A stretch of DNA of 33,578 nucleotides from Hadesarchaea archaeon (GTDB taxonomy: Archaea > Hadarchaeota > Hadarchaeia > Hadarchaeales > Hadarchaeaceae), in the NCBI GenBank assembly GCA_030627035.1, contig DAOUSU010000002.1, positions 1-33,578 on the forward strand, written 5' to 3'. The translations under genes and the position numbers were made by a program. Shown in pieces: positions 1-9,116 of the stretch (position 1 is the first letter of the stretch; the number at the start of each line of letters is the position of its first letter). Under the pieces are notes generated by a model. It was given only the letters and a program-made list of their open reading frames with translations. It made no database searches and was not told the DNA's origin.

Positions 1-1546
1 ATTCCGCAAACTGAGCAACAGAAAGAAGACTCAATGCCGCGTCTGCATACTCGAGGGGTGAACCCGGATATCCTGGGATTGGGCCATTTACTCGTAAAAT
101 TTCTGGCATGCTATCCTCGATTAGCTTTGAAAGATTCCAAGTCGTGACAACCGTTTTTTCGTACAATACGCGATCCGCTTTCCACATCAATAGTGTCATT
201 TGCATGTTATTGAGAACAAGCCCCGCGATTATCCTTACTTCAGGGTATACGCCATCCTTGTAGAAAATTTTAGAAAGCGATTCCATAAAATTGTCTATTG
301 AACCTATTTTCGGAATTATTGGAAATCTTCCAGCCTCGATTTCTTTCAAAAATTGTTCAGCGATACGGGCTAACACGATGCTTTCCGCTAGATGAATATG
401 CCGTGGCTCTATGGTTTTTAGGGCTTCTCTCAGTGCCTCCGCAACTCTATTCAAGTAGAGTTCATAAGTGAGGTACGATTGCGGCTTGAGTCTTGATACA
501 AAGATATTGAGCGCTTTGACTATATCAGGAAAGTCTTTGAGGTGCTCTTTACAATAAGTAAATTTCTTATCAAACGACGCTCGAAGATGTCGGTACAGTG
601 GCATCCGTTCATATGCTAAATTAACAGAAGCTAATGCCACCGTAAATCTTCCAAATAAATTGTAGACCTCGCCGAGTATTAGCATATCGCCCCATTTAAT
701 TTCATCGAAAATTGCTTCGATTTTTTTGGTCAAAAAATTAGCAGTAGCTTGAGTGGGGCCGGCCCTCTCTAGTACATCTTTTAATGCGAGAAATTCTGCA
801 TAGCTACGCCTTACATTATCCGTTAGAATCTGAATCAAGACTCGAACATTTTCATCATCTGCAACGAAGGGGATCTCAAACTTTTTATTGTAAGCAGAAA
901 GTGTTTCGTCGATGGCCCGTTGAACAACCGTAGCGTCTCTTAAGGCAATTTCTTCCCAGCGTATCAATAATCTCTGAATGAATTGCAAAAGAAAATCAAC
1001 ATCAGACTCCGATTCCAATAAGGCATGTAAATTCAAAAGAATAAAACTCTTACCTGATCTGGGATCGATACATATACTATAACGTGACTTTTCAGGCGGG
1101 CGTTCAAATAACTCTACTACATGTTCTCCTACCCCAAATTTCTTACAGAGCGCGGTGACCATCCTGTAAGATAACTCCTTTGATGGAAACAGAATAACAT
1201 TTTGCTTAGGCGATACAAAAGCATGGCCTGTTAGACTGAGAAGAATCTTTGGGATTTCCTCAAAATCGACAAGACCTACCCGCTTACCTCCCTCAAAAAT
1301 TAACCATTCAATTAAAATGTCGTCTACCTTTTCATATTCGATAATGGCGGGAGTTAATCTTCCTCCACAAAGTTCGCACGTAGATCCTTCTCCATGCCTG
1401 TTACAGTAAAGCCTAGCGCATTTTTGACAGATCATGCCTTTAATAAAATTTTCAGGGCAGATTGCGCAACGAACCATAATACCTCTCCCAAGTTTTAGTC
1501 CTCGGCGTATCATAAATGGCTTTTCTGACATGCTGAAAACCTTCAT
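1..1546 (-). CDS. Large hypothetical protein (>510 aa, 3' end outside window) with N-terminal AN1/B-box-like zinc finger
   Basis: Manually translated: open from ATG 1546 (or ATG 1531) to the window edge with no stop; not in the ORF track. N-terminus VRCAICPENFIKGMICQKCARLYCNRHGEGSTCELCGGRL; the rest looks mostly helical. Visibly AT-richer than the cof genes. Confidence 0.8.
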   Translation of the reverse strand, partial: MKVFSMSEKPFMIRRGLKLGRGIMVRCAICPENFIKGMICQKCARLYCNRHGEGSTCELCGGRLTPAIIEYEKVDDILIEWLIFEGGKRVGLVDFEEIPKILLSLTGHAFVSPKQNVILFPSKELSYRMVTALCKKFGVGEHVVELFERPPEKSRYSICIDPRSGKSFILLNLHALLESESDVDFLLQFIQRLLIRWEEIALRDATVVQRAIDETLSAYNKKFEIPFVADDENVRVLIQILTDNVRRSYAEFLALKDVLERAGPTQATANFLTKKIEAIFDEIKWGDMLILGEVYNLFGRFTVALASVNLAYERMPLYRHLRASFDKKFTYCKEHLKDFPDIVKALNIFVSRLKPQSYLTYELYLNRVAEALREALKTIEPRHIHLAESIVLARIAEQFLKEIEAGRFPIIPKIGSIDNFMESLSKIFYKDGVYPEVRIIAGLVLNNMQMTLLMWKADRVLYEKTVVTTWNLSKLIEDSMPEILRVNGPIPGYPGSPLEYADAALSLLSVAQFAE

Positions 1547-1573
1547 GCGTATAATCAACTAAGAGATCAAGTG

Positions 1574-2701
1574 TCAAACTAACCCATATGTCGTCGTTCG
1601 CTGCATGGGCACGCGTCCGAGTTCCAGGGCAAGTTTTTCGAGTTGTTTGGGGAGCATCGCCTGTCGCTTCCCTCCAGCAGCCCGCGTGATGTTCTCCTCG
1701 AGCAGCGTCCCCGAGAGGTCGTTGGCCCCGGCGCCCAGCATGATCTGTGCCCCCCGAGGGCCCAGCTTCACCCACGAGGTCTGGATGTTGTCGATGTGCC
1801 CCGCAAGCATCAGGCGCGCGACGGCATGCACGCGAAGGCTCTCAACGGTGTTCGGTGGCGAGCGGACGACGCCCTCATGATAAAGCGGGGTGTTGTAGGG
1901 CATGAACGCCAGCGGAACGAACTCGGTGAAACCCCCGGTCTCGCGCTGAATTTCGCGGATGAGCGCCAGATGTTCGGCCCGCTCGCGCGGCGTCTCAACG
2001 GTGCCGTAAAGCATGGTTGCGGTCGTGGGGAGGCCCAATCGATGGCATGTTTTGATGATATCGGTCCATTCTTTCGTGCTCGGCTTCTTCGGGCATATGA
2101 TTGCGCGGACGCGGTCAACCAGAATTTCAGCGGCAGTGCCCGGCACGGAGTTCAACCCGGCCTCGCGCAGCGTCTTGGCGACCTCCTCGATCGATAATCC
2201 ATCTCGCCTAGCCGCGTGGTCCAGCTCGGCGGGGGAGAACGCGTGAATGTGAATGCTTTGGGAAACGTTCCTCACTACACGGAGGATCGCGAGATAATCA
2301 TCAAACCCGAACTCCGGGTGCAATCCCCCCTGGATGCATACCTCGGTCGCCCCGAACTTCACCGCTTCACGAACTTTCGCAGCGATCTGCTCGGGGGTGA
2401 ACGCATAAGCGTCTGGGTCGCCGGGTGAGCGTCTGAAGGCGCAGAACTTGCAGGTACCCACGCAGACGTTAGTGAAATTTATGTTTCGATTAACCACGTA
2501 GGTCACGACATCCCCAACTGCTCGGCGCCTTACTTCATCTGCTACCCGAACCAATGCATGCAGCTCTGGCCCCTCGGCTTGTAACAGCTGTTCGCCCTCG
2601 GCCACGCTCAGCTCCTCACCGGCCAGCGCATGTTGCAAAATTTCTTCGAACTCCGGTTCAGCAAGCACGGTATCCATCCTCGTCTGCAAGCGCAAGGACA
2701 C
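1574..2701 (-). CDS. cofH: FO synthase subunit CofH (radical SAM)
   Basis: VTYVVNRNINFTNVC, CxxxCxxC (CVGTCKFC), QGGLHP, PGTAAEIL, NIQTSWVKLG; adjacent to cofG and cofC; GGAGGTGA RBS 6 nt before GTG 2701. Confidence 0.93.
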   Translation of the reverse strand: MSLRLQTRMDTVLAEPEFEEILQHALAGEELSVAEGEQLLQAEGPELHALVRVADEVRRRAVGDVVTYVVNRNINFTNVCVGTCKFCAFRRSPGDPDAYAFTPEQIAAKVREAVKFGATEVCIQGGLHPEFGFDDYLAILRVVRNVSQSIHIHAFSPAELDHAARRDGLSIEEVAKTLREAGLNSVPGTAAEILVDRVRAIICPKKPSTKEWTDIIKTCHRLGLPTTATMLYGTVETPRERAEHLALIREIQRETGGFTEFVPLAFMPYNTPLYHEGVVRSPPNTVESLRVHAVARLMLAGHIDNIQTSWVKLGPRGAQIMLGAGANDLSGTLLEENITRAAGGKRQAMLPKQLEKLALELGRVPMQRTTTYGLV

Positions 2702-3668
2702 TCATTCTCACCTCCCTCGACATGAACTTCTCGTCCTTCACATAACGCGGGTAGATCGGCAAGCGCTCGCGCGGCACGAAGCCGGCGCGCTCGACTGCGG
2801 CCCGAAGTTCTGCGACGCTTGGCCAGGGTTGCTCGGGATTTACGAAGTCGGGGGTCACGGACGAGATGCCCCCTAGGTCGTTCGCACCCGTGAGCAGGAA
2901 TTGATTTAAATCTCGCACCAAGTTGGGCGGCACTTGGATATTCATCTCTGGCATGAGCCGACGCGCCATCGCGACCGTCGCGAGTAACTCGCCCTCGCTC
3001 GGCCCCGCGTAGGTTGCCATGGGCGTGTTTGGTTTTGGCACGAACGGTTGGATGATGACCTCCTGGATGTGGCCGTATTTTGCCTGCAGTTCACGGATTG
3101 CGAGCAGCGATCGTGCCCTGTTCTCAGAGCTCTCACCTATGCCGATCAACAATCCGGTCGTGAAGGGTATTCGTAGTTTTCCCGCCGTTTTGACAACCTC
3201 GAGCCGAAGCTTGGGATCCTTCCCGGGGCTCTGCGCATGCGCGGGGAGTTCGGCGGCGCACTCGAGCATCAGCCCCATGCTGGCGTTGTAGCGGCGCAGC
3301 TGCCGAAGCTCCCGCTCATTCAGCAGGCCGGCGTTGGTGTGGGGGAGCAGGCCGAGTTCTAAAATTTGTTTGCAAAGGTATTCGAGGTAATCGATCGTGC
3401 TCCCGTATCCAAATGCCTCGAGTTTTTCCTTGGCCTCGGCATGAACCTCGGGCCGCTCGCCGAGGGTGAGCAAGGCTTCAGAACAGCCAGCGACTTTGGA
3501 CCTCTTCGCCAGCTCGAGGACTTGCGCGGGCGACATGAACCAAGCGCCATCGTTGGGGTCCCGCCTGAATCCGCAATAGGCGCAGCGGTTTCGGCAGAGG
3601 TTTGTGACAGGCAAGAAGACATTGCGGGAGTAGCTAACCTCTCGCCTGGGCCCTGAACCGCCATTCAA
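2658..3668 (-). CDS. cofG: FO synthase subunit CofG (radical SAM)
   Basis: SYSRNVFLPVTNLCRNRCAYC, LPHTNAG, SMGLMLE, PFTTGLLIGIGE, QVPPNL, DLGGIS, RERLPIYP. Start moved to TTG 3668 (GGTGG RBS) because the longer ORF overlaps cofC. Confidence 0.93.
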   Translation of the reverse strand: MNGGSGPRREVSYSRNVFLPVTNLCRNRCAYCGFRRDPNDGAWFMSPAQVLELAKRSKVAGCSEALLTLGERPEVHAEAKEKLEAFGYGSTIDYLEYLCKQILELGLLPHTNAGLLNERELRQLRRYNASMGLMLECAAELPAHAQSPGKDPKLRLEVVKTAGKLRIPFTTGLLIGIGESSENRARSLLAIRELQAKYGHIQEVIIQPFVPKPNTPMATYAGPSEGELLATVAMARRLMPEMNIQVPPNLVRDLNQFLLTGANDLGGISSVTPDFVNPEQPWPSVAELRAAVERAGFVPRERLPIYPRYVKDEKFMSREVRMSVLALADEDGYRAC

Positions 3669-3716
3669 TCGAGCACCACCATAAAAGTGCGCGATGCCAT
3701 AAATACGCCTGATTAT

Positions 3717-4376
3717 ATGCCGACCTGGGCCATCATCCCCGTCAAGCGCCTGAGGGGGGCGAAGTCGAGCCTCAGCCAAACGCTGACGCCCGAACAACGC
3801 TGGGAGCTCGTGCTCTGCATGCTGGCCGACGTTCTGAATGCCCTGCGAGAGACATCGATGAAAGCGCTGGTCGTCTCACCTGATGATGGTGTCTTGGACT
3901 TCGCCGATGAACACGGTGCCGCATGTCTCAAAGAACCAGGGCTGGAGCTGAACGAGGCGCTAAAGCTTGCGATCCGTCACGTTTCAACCAAAGGCGCCGA
4001 CTCCGTGTTAATAATGCCCGCAGACCTGCCATTGCTCAAGGTGGCTGACATCGAGAACATCCTCGCAATGGCTTCCCTGCATAAGGATGTCGTGATCGCG
4101 CCCTCGAAGGCCAACGGAACGAATGCCCTTTTCCTGCGCCCACCGGACATCATCGAGCTGAAATTTGGCGGCGAGAGTTTCCCACTGCACGTTGCCGAAT
4201 GTCTAAAGAGAGATATTAACCCGCACGTTTATCGCTCACCAACCACTGCCACGGACATCGACGAAGCCGCCGATCTCCTGAGTGTTGAGACGTTGGGGCT
4301 GGGCACGCGCACGTACAATTTCCTGCGCTCGTTGGCTAGCGAGATGTCGACGGAAGGTCCGAATCGACGCGCGTGA
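3717..4376 (+). CDS. cofC: 2-phospho-L-lactate/PEP guanylyltransferase CofC
   Basis: WAIIPVKRLRGAKSSL, MLADVL, PADLPLL, GTNAL, FGGESFPLH, DIDEAADL; divergent from cofG with a 48-bp gap; ATG 3717. Confidence 0.92.
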   Translation: MPTWAIIPVKRLRGAKSSLSQTLTPEQRWELVLCMLADVLNALRETSMKALVVSPDDGVLDFADEHGAACLKEPGLELNEALKLAIRHVSTKGADSVLIMPADLPLLKVADIENILAMASLHKDVVIAPSKANGTNALFLRPPDIIELKFGGESFPLHVAECLKRDINPHVYRSPTTATDIDEAADLLSVETLGLGTRTYNFLRSLASEMSTEGPNRRA

Positions 4377-4421
4377 TCAAGCAAGAGGGCTAGCTCAAGG
4401 AACGAATACGGGTTTTGAGGT

Positions 4422-4484
4422 GCCTCAGTCCGCCCATCAGTCATATCATGGCCGAAGCTCAGACGATGTTGTGACATCATCGGC
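4422..4484 (-). ncRNA. C/D-box methylation guide sRNA, copy 1
   Basis: Minus strand reads GCC-g-ATGATGT(C)-cacaacatcgt-CTGA(D')-GC TTCG GC-c-ATGATAT(C')-gactgatgggcgga-CTGA(D)-GGC. Terminal stem, K-turn geometry and guides of 11 and 14 nt. Confidence 0.78.
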
Positions 4485-4611
4485 GTTCAAGAAATGATCC
4501 TCTTCGGATAAGAATTTTATGAGACAACTGAAGTACTGCTAACTCGGCTTTCATCTTATTTTTTTGGAGCGGTTGATCGAAACCTTCGTTCAGGCGGGAA
4601 GAGGTCACCGA

Positions 4612-4682
4612 TGGCACGTCAGTCCGCCCATCATCCCGTCATCGCGAAGCTCAGACGATATTAATTAACATCATCCGTGCCA
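4612..4682 (-). ncRNA. C/D-box methylation guide sRNA, copy 2
   Basis: Minus strand reads TGGCACG-g-ATGATGT(C)-taattaatatcgt-CTGA(D')-GCTTCGC-g-ATGACGG(C')-gatgatgggcgga-CTGA(D)-CGTGCCA, with a perfect 7-bp terminal stem. Confidence 0.85.
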
Positions 4683-4720
4683 ATTTAGTTCAGCTTTTGT
4701 CAAGTAAAAACGTTGAGGTT

Positions 4721-4737
4721 GAGAAGAAAGAAGAAAG
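4721..4737 (-). terminator. Possible pyrimidine-rich terminator of pan
   Basis: Minus strand CTTTCTTCTTTCTTCTC about 35 nt after the pan stop; archaeal terminators are typically U/pyrimidine-rich. Confidence 0.3.
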
Positions 4738-4772
4738 CAGTTTTTATCTAACTTTTCTGATTAGTAAAGCGT

Positions 4773-5984
4773 TCATCCAAACATCCGCTCGGGCTTCGGT
4801 GTCTTTGGAATCTTGGCCGGAGGCAGAACCTTCGCTATCGCCAGATCGAAGTCGGCTCGCTCCACCCTCCCGCGTCCCTCGCGGATCGCAAACATCCCCG
4901 CCTCGGTGCAGATCGCCTTGATATCGGCTCCCGTTGCCCGGTCCGTCCGCTTCGCGAGTTCCTTCGCATCCACGTTCTTCGTCACGTTCATCCCCTTCAT
5001 GTGGATGTTGAAGATGATGGCTCGCGCCTCTTCGTTCGGGAGGGGGAAGTGGATTAGCCTGTCGAAGCGCCTAGGGCGAAGCAGGGCTGGGTCCAGGATG
5101 TCAGGGCGATTGGTCGCGGCCAAGATCTTGATGTCACCGCGTGGGTCAAATCCGTCGACCTCCGCCAGCAACTGCACGAGGGTGCGGTGGACCTCCCGAT
5201 CGCCGCTCGTGGATGCATCAAGGCGGCGGGCAGCGATCGCGTCGAGCTCGTCGATGAACACGATGCTCGGCGTCTTCTCGCGGGCCAGCTCGAACATCTC
5301 ACGCACCATCCGGGCCCCCTCGCCTATGTATTTCTGCACGAGCTCCGAGCCTATCACCCGGATGAAGGTTGCTCGAGTTTCGTGGGCAACCGCCCTAGCG
5401 AGCAAGGTTTTCCCGGTCCCGGGGGCGCCATAGAGGAGCACCCCCTTCGGGGGCTCGATGCCCACCTTCTTGAAAAGTTCGGGCTTCAGCAGCGGGAGTT
5501 CCACGCTCTCTCGAATTTCCTGAATCTGTTCCGCGAGCCCACCAACATCCGCATAGCTGACCTCCGGCGCCTCCTCGATCTCCATCCCGAGCACGAGCGG
5601 GTCCTTTTTCGATGGCAATATCTCCATTATGCTGAGATTTCGCTGGTTGAGCGCCACCCGCACGCCCGGCTTGAGCTGCTCCGGTTTGATGAGCTGTGGC
5701 ACGTTTACGACGAAATGGGGTCCGGTGCTGCTCCTAACGACCGCGCGCCCATCCGCCAGCGTATCTAGCAAAGTGGCAGCGACCAATGGCGGCGCGCGCA
5801 TCCGCTCGAACTCGGCGCGGAGGCTTCGAAGCTCGCGATCTATGTGCAGAGATCGACTCTCGAGCGAGCGCTTCTCGCGCTCCAGCTCACGGACGCGATT
5901 TTCCAGACTGTGGATGTAATCCGTAACATAGCTCTCGCCAAAAGCGTTTGCCCTCGGTTCCTTGGGTTTAGCTGCACCCGACAA
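4773..5984 (-). CDS. pan: Proteasome-activating nucleotidase (AAA+ ATPase)
   Basis: N-terminal coiled coil, PPL-OB region, Walker A GAPGTGKT, pore loop KYIGEG, Walker [22 protein letters not shown]-terminal HbYX-like MFG; GAGGAG upstream of TTG. Confidence 0.96.
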   Translation of the reverse strand: MSGAAKPKEPRANAFGESYVTDYIHSLENRVRELEREKRSLESRSLHIDRELRSLRAEFERMRAPPLVAATLLDTLADGRAVVRSSTGPHFVVNVPQLIKPEQLKPGVRVALNQRNLSIMEILPSKKDPLVLGMEIEEAPEVSYADVGGLAEQIQEIRESVELPLLKPELFKKVGIEPPKGVLLYGAPGTGKTLLARAVAHETRATFIRVIGSELVQKYIGEGARMVREMFELAREKTPSIVFIDELDAIAARRLDASTSGDREVHRTLVQLLAEVDGFDPRGDIKILAATNRPDILDPALLRPRRFDRLIHFPLPNEEARAIIFNIHMKGMNVTKNVDAKELAKRTDRATGADIKAICTEAGMFAIREGRGRVERADFDLAIAKVLPPAKIPKTPKPERMFG

Positions 5985-6020
5985 TTTTCTCTCTCCTCAA
6001 AACACTCTGTTGAGGTGCGC

Positions 6021-6034
6021 TTTTAAAGTTTCAG
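6021..6034 (-). promoter_or_regulatory. Putative BRE/TATA promoter of pan
   Basis: Minus strand ctgaaacTTTAAAAg about 37 nt upstream of the start codon. Confidence 0.55.
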
Positions 6035-6056
6035 TGGAAATGAAGCCCGTCTAAAG

Positions 6057-7829
6057 CTAATGCCCCCGCCAAATCCAGTAGGCGACCAAACCGATCGCAA
6101 CTATCGCTCCCGCAACGAGTAAAAATGGCAACAGTTTTTCCCAGTCGATGAAAATCCCCTCCTCGCTCGGAGGCTTTCCGAGGGCAATGATAACGATGTT
6201 GGCATGTTGGATCGCGTCTTGGGCCAGCCGAATTGCATCCGCATCGCTTGCCATCTGCGCCTGTGCGAGCTCCGCGCGCGCAAGTTTGAGCTTCTGGTAC
6301 AAAGTTTCCATATTCTCGGATGCAAGCATTCCGTCCGCCCGGTCGATCGCCAGCTTCCCAGCTTGAATGAATGCCTGTGCGGCTTCGGGATTCGTGAGCA
6401 CAACGAGGTTCTCCTCCTCACCCACACTTGGTTGGCTATCCCGCCACTTGTACTCCGAGGCGGATTCGGATGAACTCAAACCGCGGACATTCCGAAGCAG
6501 ATGGATCGGGTCGAGCTTGAACAGGTAGTCGCCTGATGGTTTGGCCCAAGTCGGATCGGCTGGCTGCCACCCCTTACCCGGCAAATAGAACTCAACCCAC
6601 GCGTGACCGATGAATTTCTCCTCGTGGTACCCCCAGCCGAAATCGATGCGCGCCGGCAGGCCAACAGCTCGGCTTAAGGCGATCGTGAGGTCGCTGAAGC
6701 AATCGCAGTCCCCGGCTCCGGTGAGGAGGGTTCGGAGCGCCCCCTTTCGCTGCGGGGTGACCTCGTAACTGATGTAACTGCTAACGAATTCGACTATTCG
6801 CTCCGCCACGCGATAGGTGTTGGTTTCACCTCCAACTACCTCCTTGGCCCTCTGTTGGATGCTTGGATCATCGACCTCCCAGTACTCGTCCGCCTTCAGA
6901 TAGGGCGAGAGTTCTGCAGGCACCTCGGCCAATGTACCGACCTGGTCATCGGTAATATCGGGCAAGTAAACGATCTCGGAGAAGACGAGCTTGATGTTCA
7001 AATCCCGGCTTTCACCCGGCTGTAGGTCGCCAATTTCGAACACTCCATGCCAGTTGTTTTCGTTATCCACGTACATGGTTTCGATCGGCAGGCCGGACCA
7101 CTCAAGGGCGGCGAACTGCGATTGACTGTGGGAGAACAAAATCGTGTCGAGGAGGATGGTTTTGGAGTCCCTAGCCCCCGGGTTGCTGAAGTGCTCGGTT
7201 AGGGTGAGCTTGTAGTAAACTGGTTGCAAATAAAATCTTGTTTCTAGTCCATCGAAACTTCCTGGGGCGCTGACGCTTGTTTCATACTGGACGGTGGGCG
7301 GGTCGTTCTCCGAAAGCTGGGCTTTGTCCGGATTTTTCAGAAAAAGCGTTGAACCAGCGGGGCCCCGAATCCTCACGATGTATCTATGGCAAGGGAACCC
7401 ATCCGCATCCAGAGAGATCCCCCCAAATCTGCCCACATAGCTAGGGCCGGTTCCAGAGACCAAATCGCTGGCGTCATAAGAGATGTGATACGTCACTCTG
7501 GTTTTACCGCGAAGCGTGAAGCGGACCGTGATCTTCGTCTTTCCGAGAGGTCTATCTACATTGTAGCTCAGATTCCCCGCGTCGCCACAAACGTTGACGT
7601 TGGTGGTGTTCTCTGTTGGGATAATGCGCGTGATCGTGTAGGAAGAAGTTGCCCAAGATGGGCCAGGGTTATAGAGGGTGTAATTCTCGCTGGCGCCGAT
7701 GGTTCGATCCAGATTGATGTTGTAACTCAACTCCACAAGCTCGTAATATGCGGTCGCTGGCCGTGCACTGGCCGGCGCCGCCGTGGCCATCACGAGCACG
7801 ACCAATAACACAAGCAGCATTTTTCTCAA
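6057..7829 (-). CDS. Exported, C-terminally membrane-anchored transglutaminase-like (Cys-His-Asp) protein
   Basis: Signal peptide RKMLLVLLVVLVMATAAPASA (start TTG 7829 or ATG 7820, GGTGGG RBS); GDCDCFS, GHAWVEF, WQPADPTW triad; C-terminal TM LLPFLLVAGAIVAIGLVAYWIW. Confidence 0.88.
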   Translation of the reverse strand: MRKMLLVLLVVLVMATAAPASARPATAYYELVELSYNINLDRTIGASENYTLYNPGPSWATSSYTITRIIPTENTTNVNVCGDAGNLSYNVDRPLGKTKITVRFTLRGKTRVTYHISYDASDLVSGTGPSYVGRFGGISLDADGFPCHRYIVRIRGPAGSTLFLKNPDKAQLSENDPPTVQYETSVSAPGSFDGLETRFYLQPVYYKLTLTEHFSNPGARDSKTILLDTILFSHSQSQFAALEWSGLPIETMYVDNENNWHGVFEIGDLQPGESRDLNIKLVFSEIVYLPDITDDQVGTLAEVPAELSPYLKADEYWEVDDPSIQQRAKEVVGGETNTYRVAERIVEFVSSYISYEVTPQRKGALRTLLTGAGDCDCFSDLTIALSRAVGLPARIDFGWGYHEEKFIGHAWVEFYLPGKGWQPADPTWAKPSGDYLFKLDPIHLLRNVRGLSSSESASEYKWRDSQPSVGEEENLVVLTNPEAAQAFIQAGKLAIDRADGMLASENMETLYQKLKLARAELAQAQMASDADAIRLAQDAIQHANIVIIALGKPPSEEGIFIDWEKLLPFLLVAGAIVAIGLVAYWIWRGH

Positions 7830-7881
7830 CTGATTCCCCACCTTTTTTGAGTTAAACCAGCGATATTTTAAACGGTGCCGT

Positions 7882-8949
7882 ATGCGCGTCGTGCTTGTTG
7901 AACGTCGGTCACGCGGGGAAAGGTCTCGCATGGAGGAGCTCGCTGCCTTGGCTAAAACGTTGGATTACGAGATCGTCGCTGCCCTCGAACAAATCGGTGG
8001 GCCTAACCCGGCTTATCACATCGGCAAGGGCAAGGCCCAAGAGCTGGCGAGGTTGGTCCGCTCGAGCGAGGCGGAGCGCGTAATTTTCAACAACCAACTC
8101 ACCCCCTCCCAGGCTTTCAAGCTCTCCCGGCTCGTCGGTGTAGATGTAATCGACCGGTTCCAGCTAATCCTCGAAATATTCGCCATGCGGGCAGGATCGC
8201 CTGAGGCGAAGCTCCAGGTCGAGTACGCCAGACTCCGCTACGAGCTACCGCGCATCCGAGAGCAGGTGCGAGCGATGACCCTGATAGAGCAACCAGGCTT
8301 TCACGGCCCCGGTGAGCCCGAGGTTGACGTTCGCTACGACATGGTCAGGCGAAAACTGGCAAACTTGAGGCGAAAGTTGAGGTCGGTAGGTCGTTCGCGC
8401 GAACAGAGGCGCAAGCGCAGGCGAAGGCGTGGCTTCAAGCTCGTGGCGCTAGCGGGTTATACAAACGCCGGGAAGTCGACCTTGCTAAATGCCCTGACAG
8501 CCGCAAACGCCGAGGTCGATGACATGCTCTTCACGACTCTCATGCCCCGGACGCGCGTCATGGGGGCAAGCCGAAAGGTCCTGCTGACCGACACCGTCGG
8601 CTTCATCGACGGTTTGCCGCCTTGGTTGATCGAGGCGTTTAAGGCGACGTTGGAGGAGATATACCTCGCTGACCTCGTCGTGCTCGTCGTCGATGGGGCC
8701 GAGCCATTGTCGGAGCTTCTTCGAAAACTTCGGACATCGAGGGAGGTGCTTGTAGAATATCCCGTAAAAGTCGTCACGGCCCTGAACAAGATCGATCTCA
8801 TTCCTCCCGAGGAACTTGGGAACAAGCTCGGGGTCCTAAACGATGCTGTGGCAACGATCGTCCCGATCTCGGCGAGCGAGCGCATAAACCTTGCCCCCCT
8901 GATCGAGGCGATAAGGACCAACATTTTCGGCGACAGCAGGGCATCCTGA
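7882..8949 (+). CDS. hflX: Ribosome-associated GTPase HflX
   Basis: IGKGKAQE, DRFQLILEIF, EAKLQVEYARL, G1 GYTNAGKST, LFTTL, DTVGFI, NKID. Confidence 0.95.
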   Translation: MRVVLVERRSRGERSRMEELAALAKTLDYEIVAALEQIGGPNPAYHIGKGKAQELARLVRSSEAERVIFNNQLTPSQAFKLSRLVGVDVIDRFQLILEIFAMRAGSPEAKLQVEYARLRYELPRIREQVRAMTLIEQPGFHGPGEPEVDVRYDMVRRKLANLRRKLRSVGRSREQRRKRRRRRGFKLVALAGYTNAGKSTLLNALTAANAEVDDMLFTTLMPRTRVMGASRKVLLTDTVGFIDGLPPWLIEAFKATLEEIYLADLVVLVVDGAEPLSELLRKLRTSREVLVEYPVKVVTALNKIDLIPPEELGNKLGVLNDAVATIVPISASERINLAPLIEAIRTNIFGDSRAS

Positions 8950-9116
8950 GCATCCAGTAAGCCGTTTTAGACTCCAAACTCAAAAAAAGATTGAGAGATG
9001 CGTTAATCTAAGGGTTTAAGCCCAAAAATCGGGTAAAAAGCCATTATCGTGCATTTGAGGCACGTTAATTTTATCTACAAGTTTTGACATAATTATAGGT
9101 CGCTCAGGTGGATGAA

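Noticed and set aside
1574..2701. MqnC/MqnE (futalosine pathway) identity for the radical SAM gene
   Set aside because: Overlap with cofG, adjacency to cofC and the NIQTSWVKLG motif favour CofH.
4415..4690. Repeated motif read as a CRISPR mini-array or TIGR-like guide array
   Set aside because: Only two imperfect copies about 195 nt apart. The segments before the D boxes are conserved rather than variable, each unit has its own terminal stem, and there is no cas or Nop-domain gene in the window.
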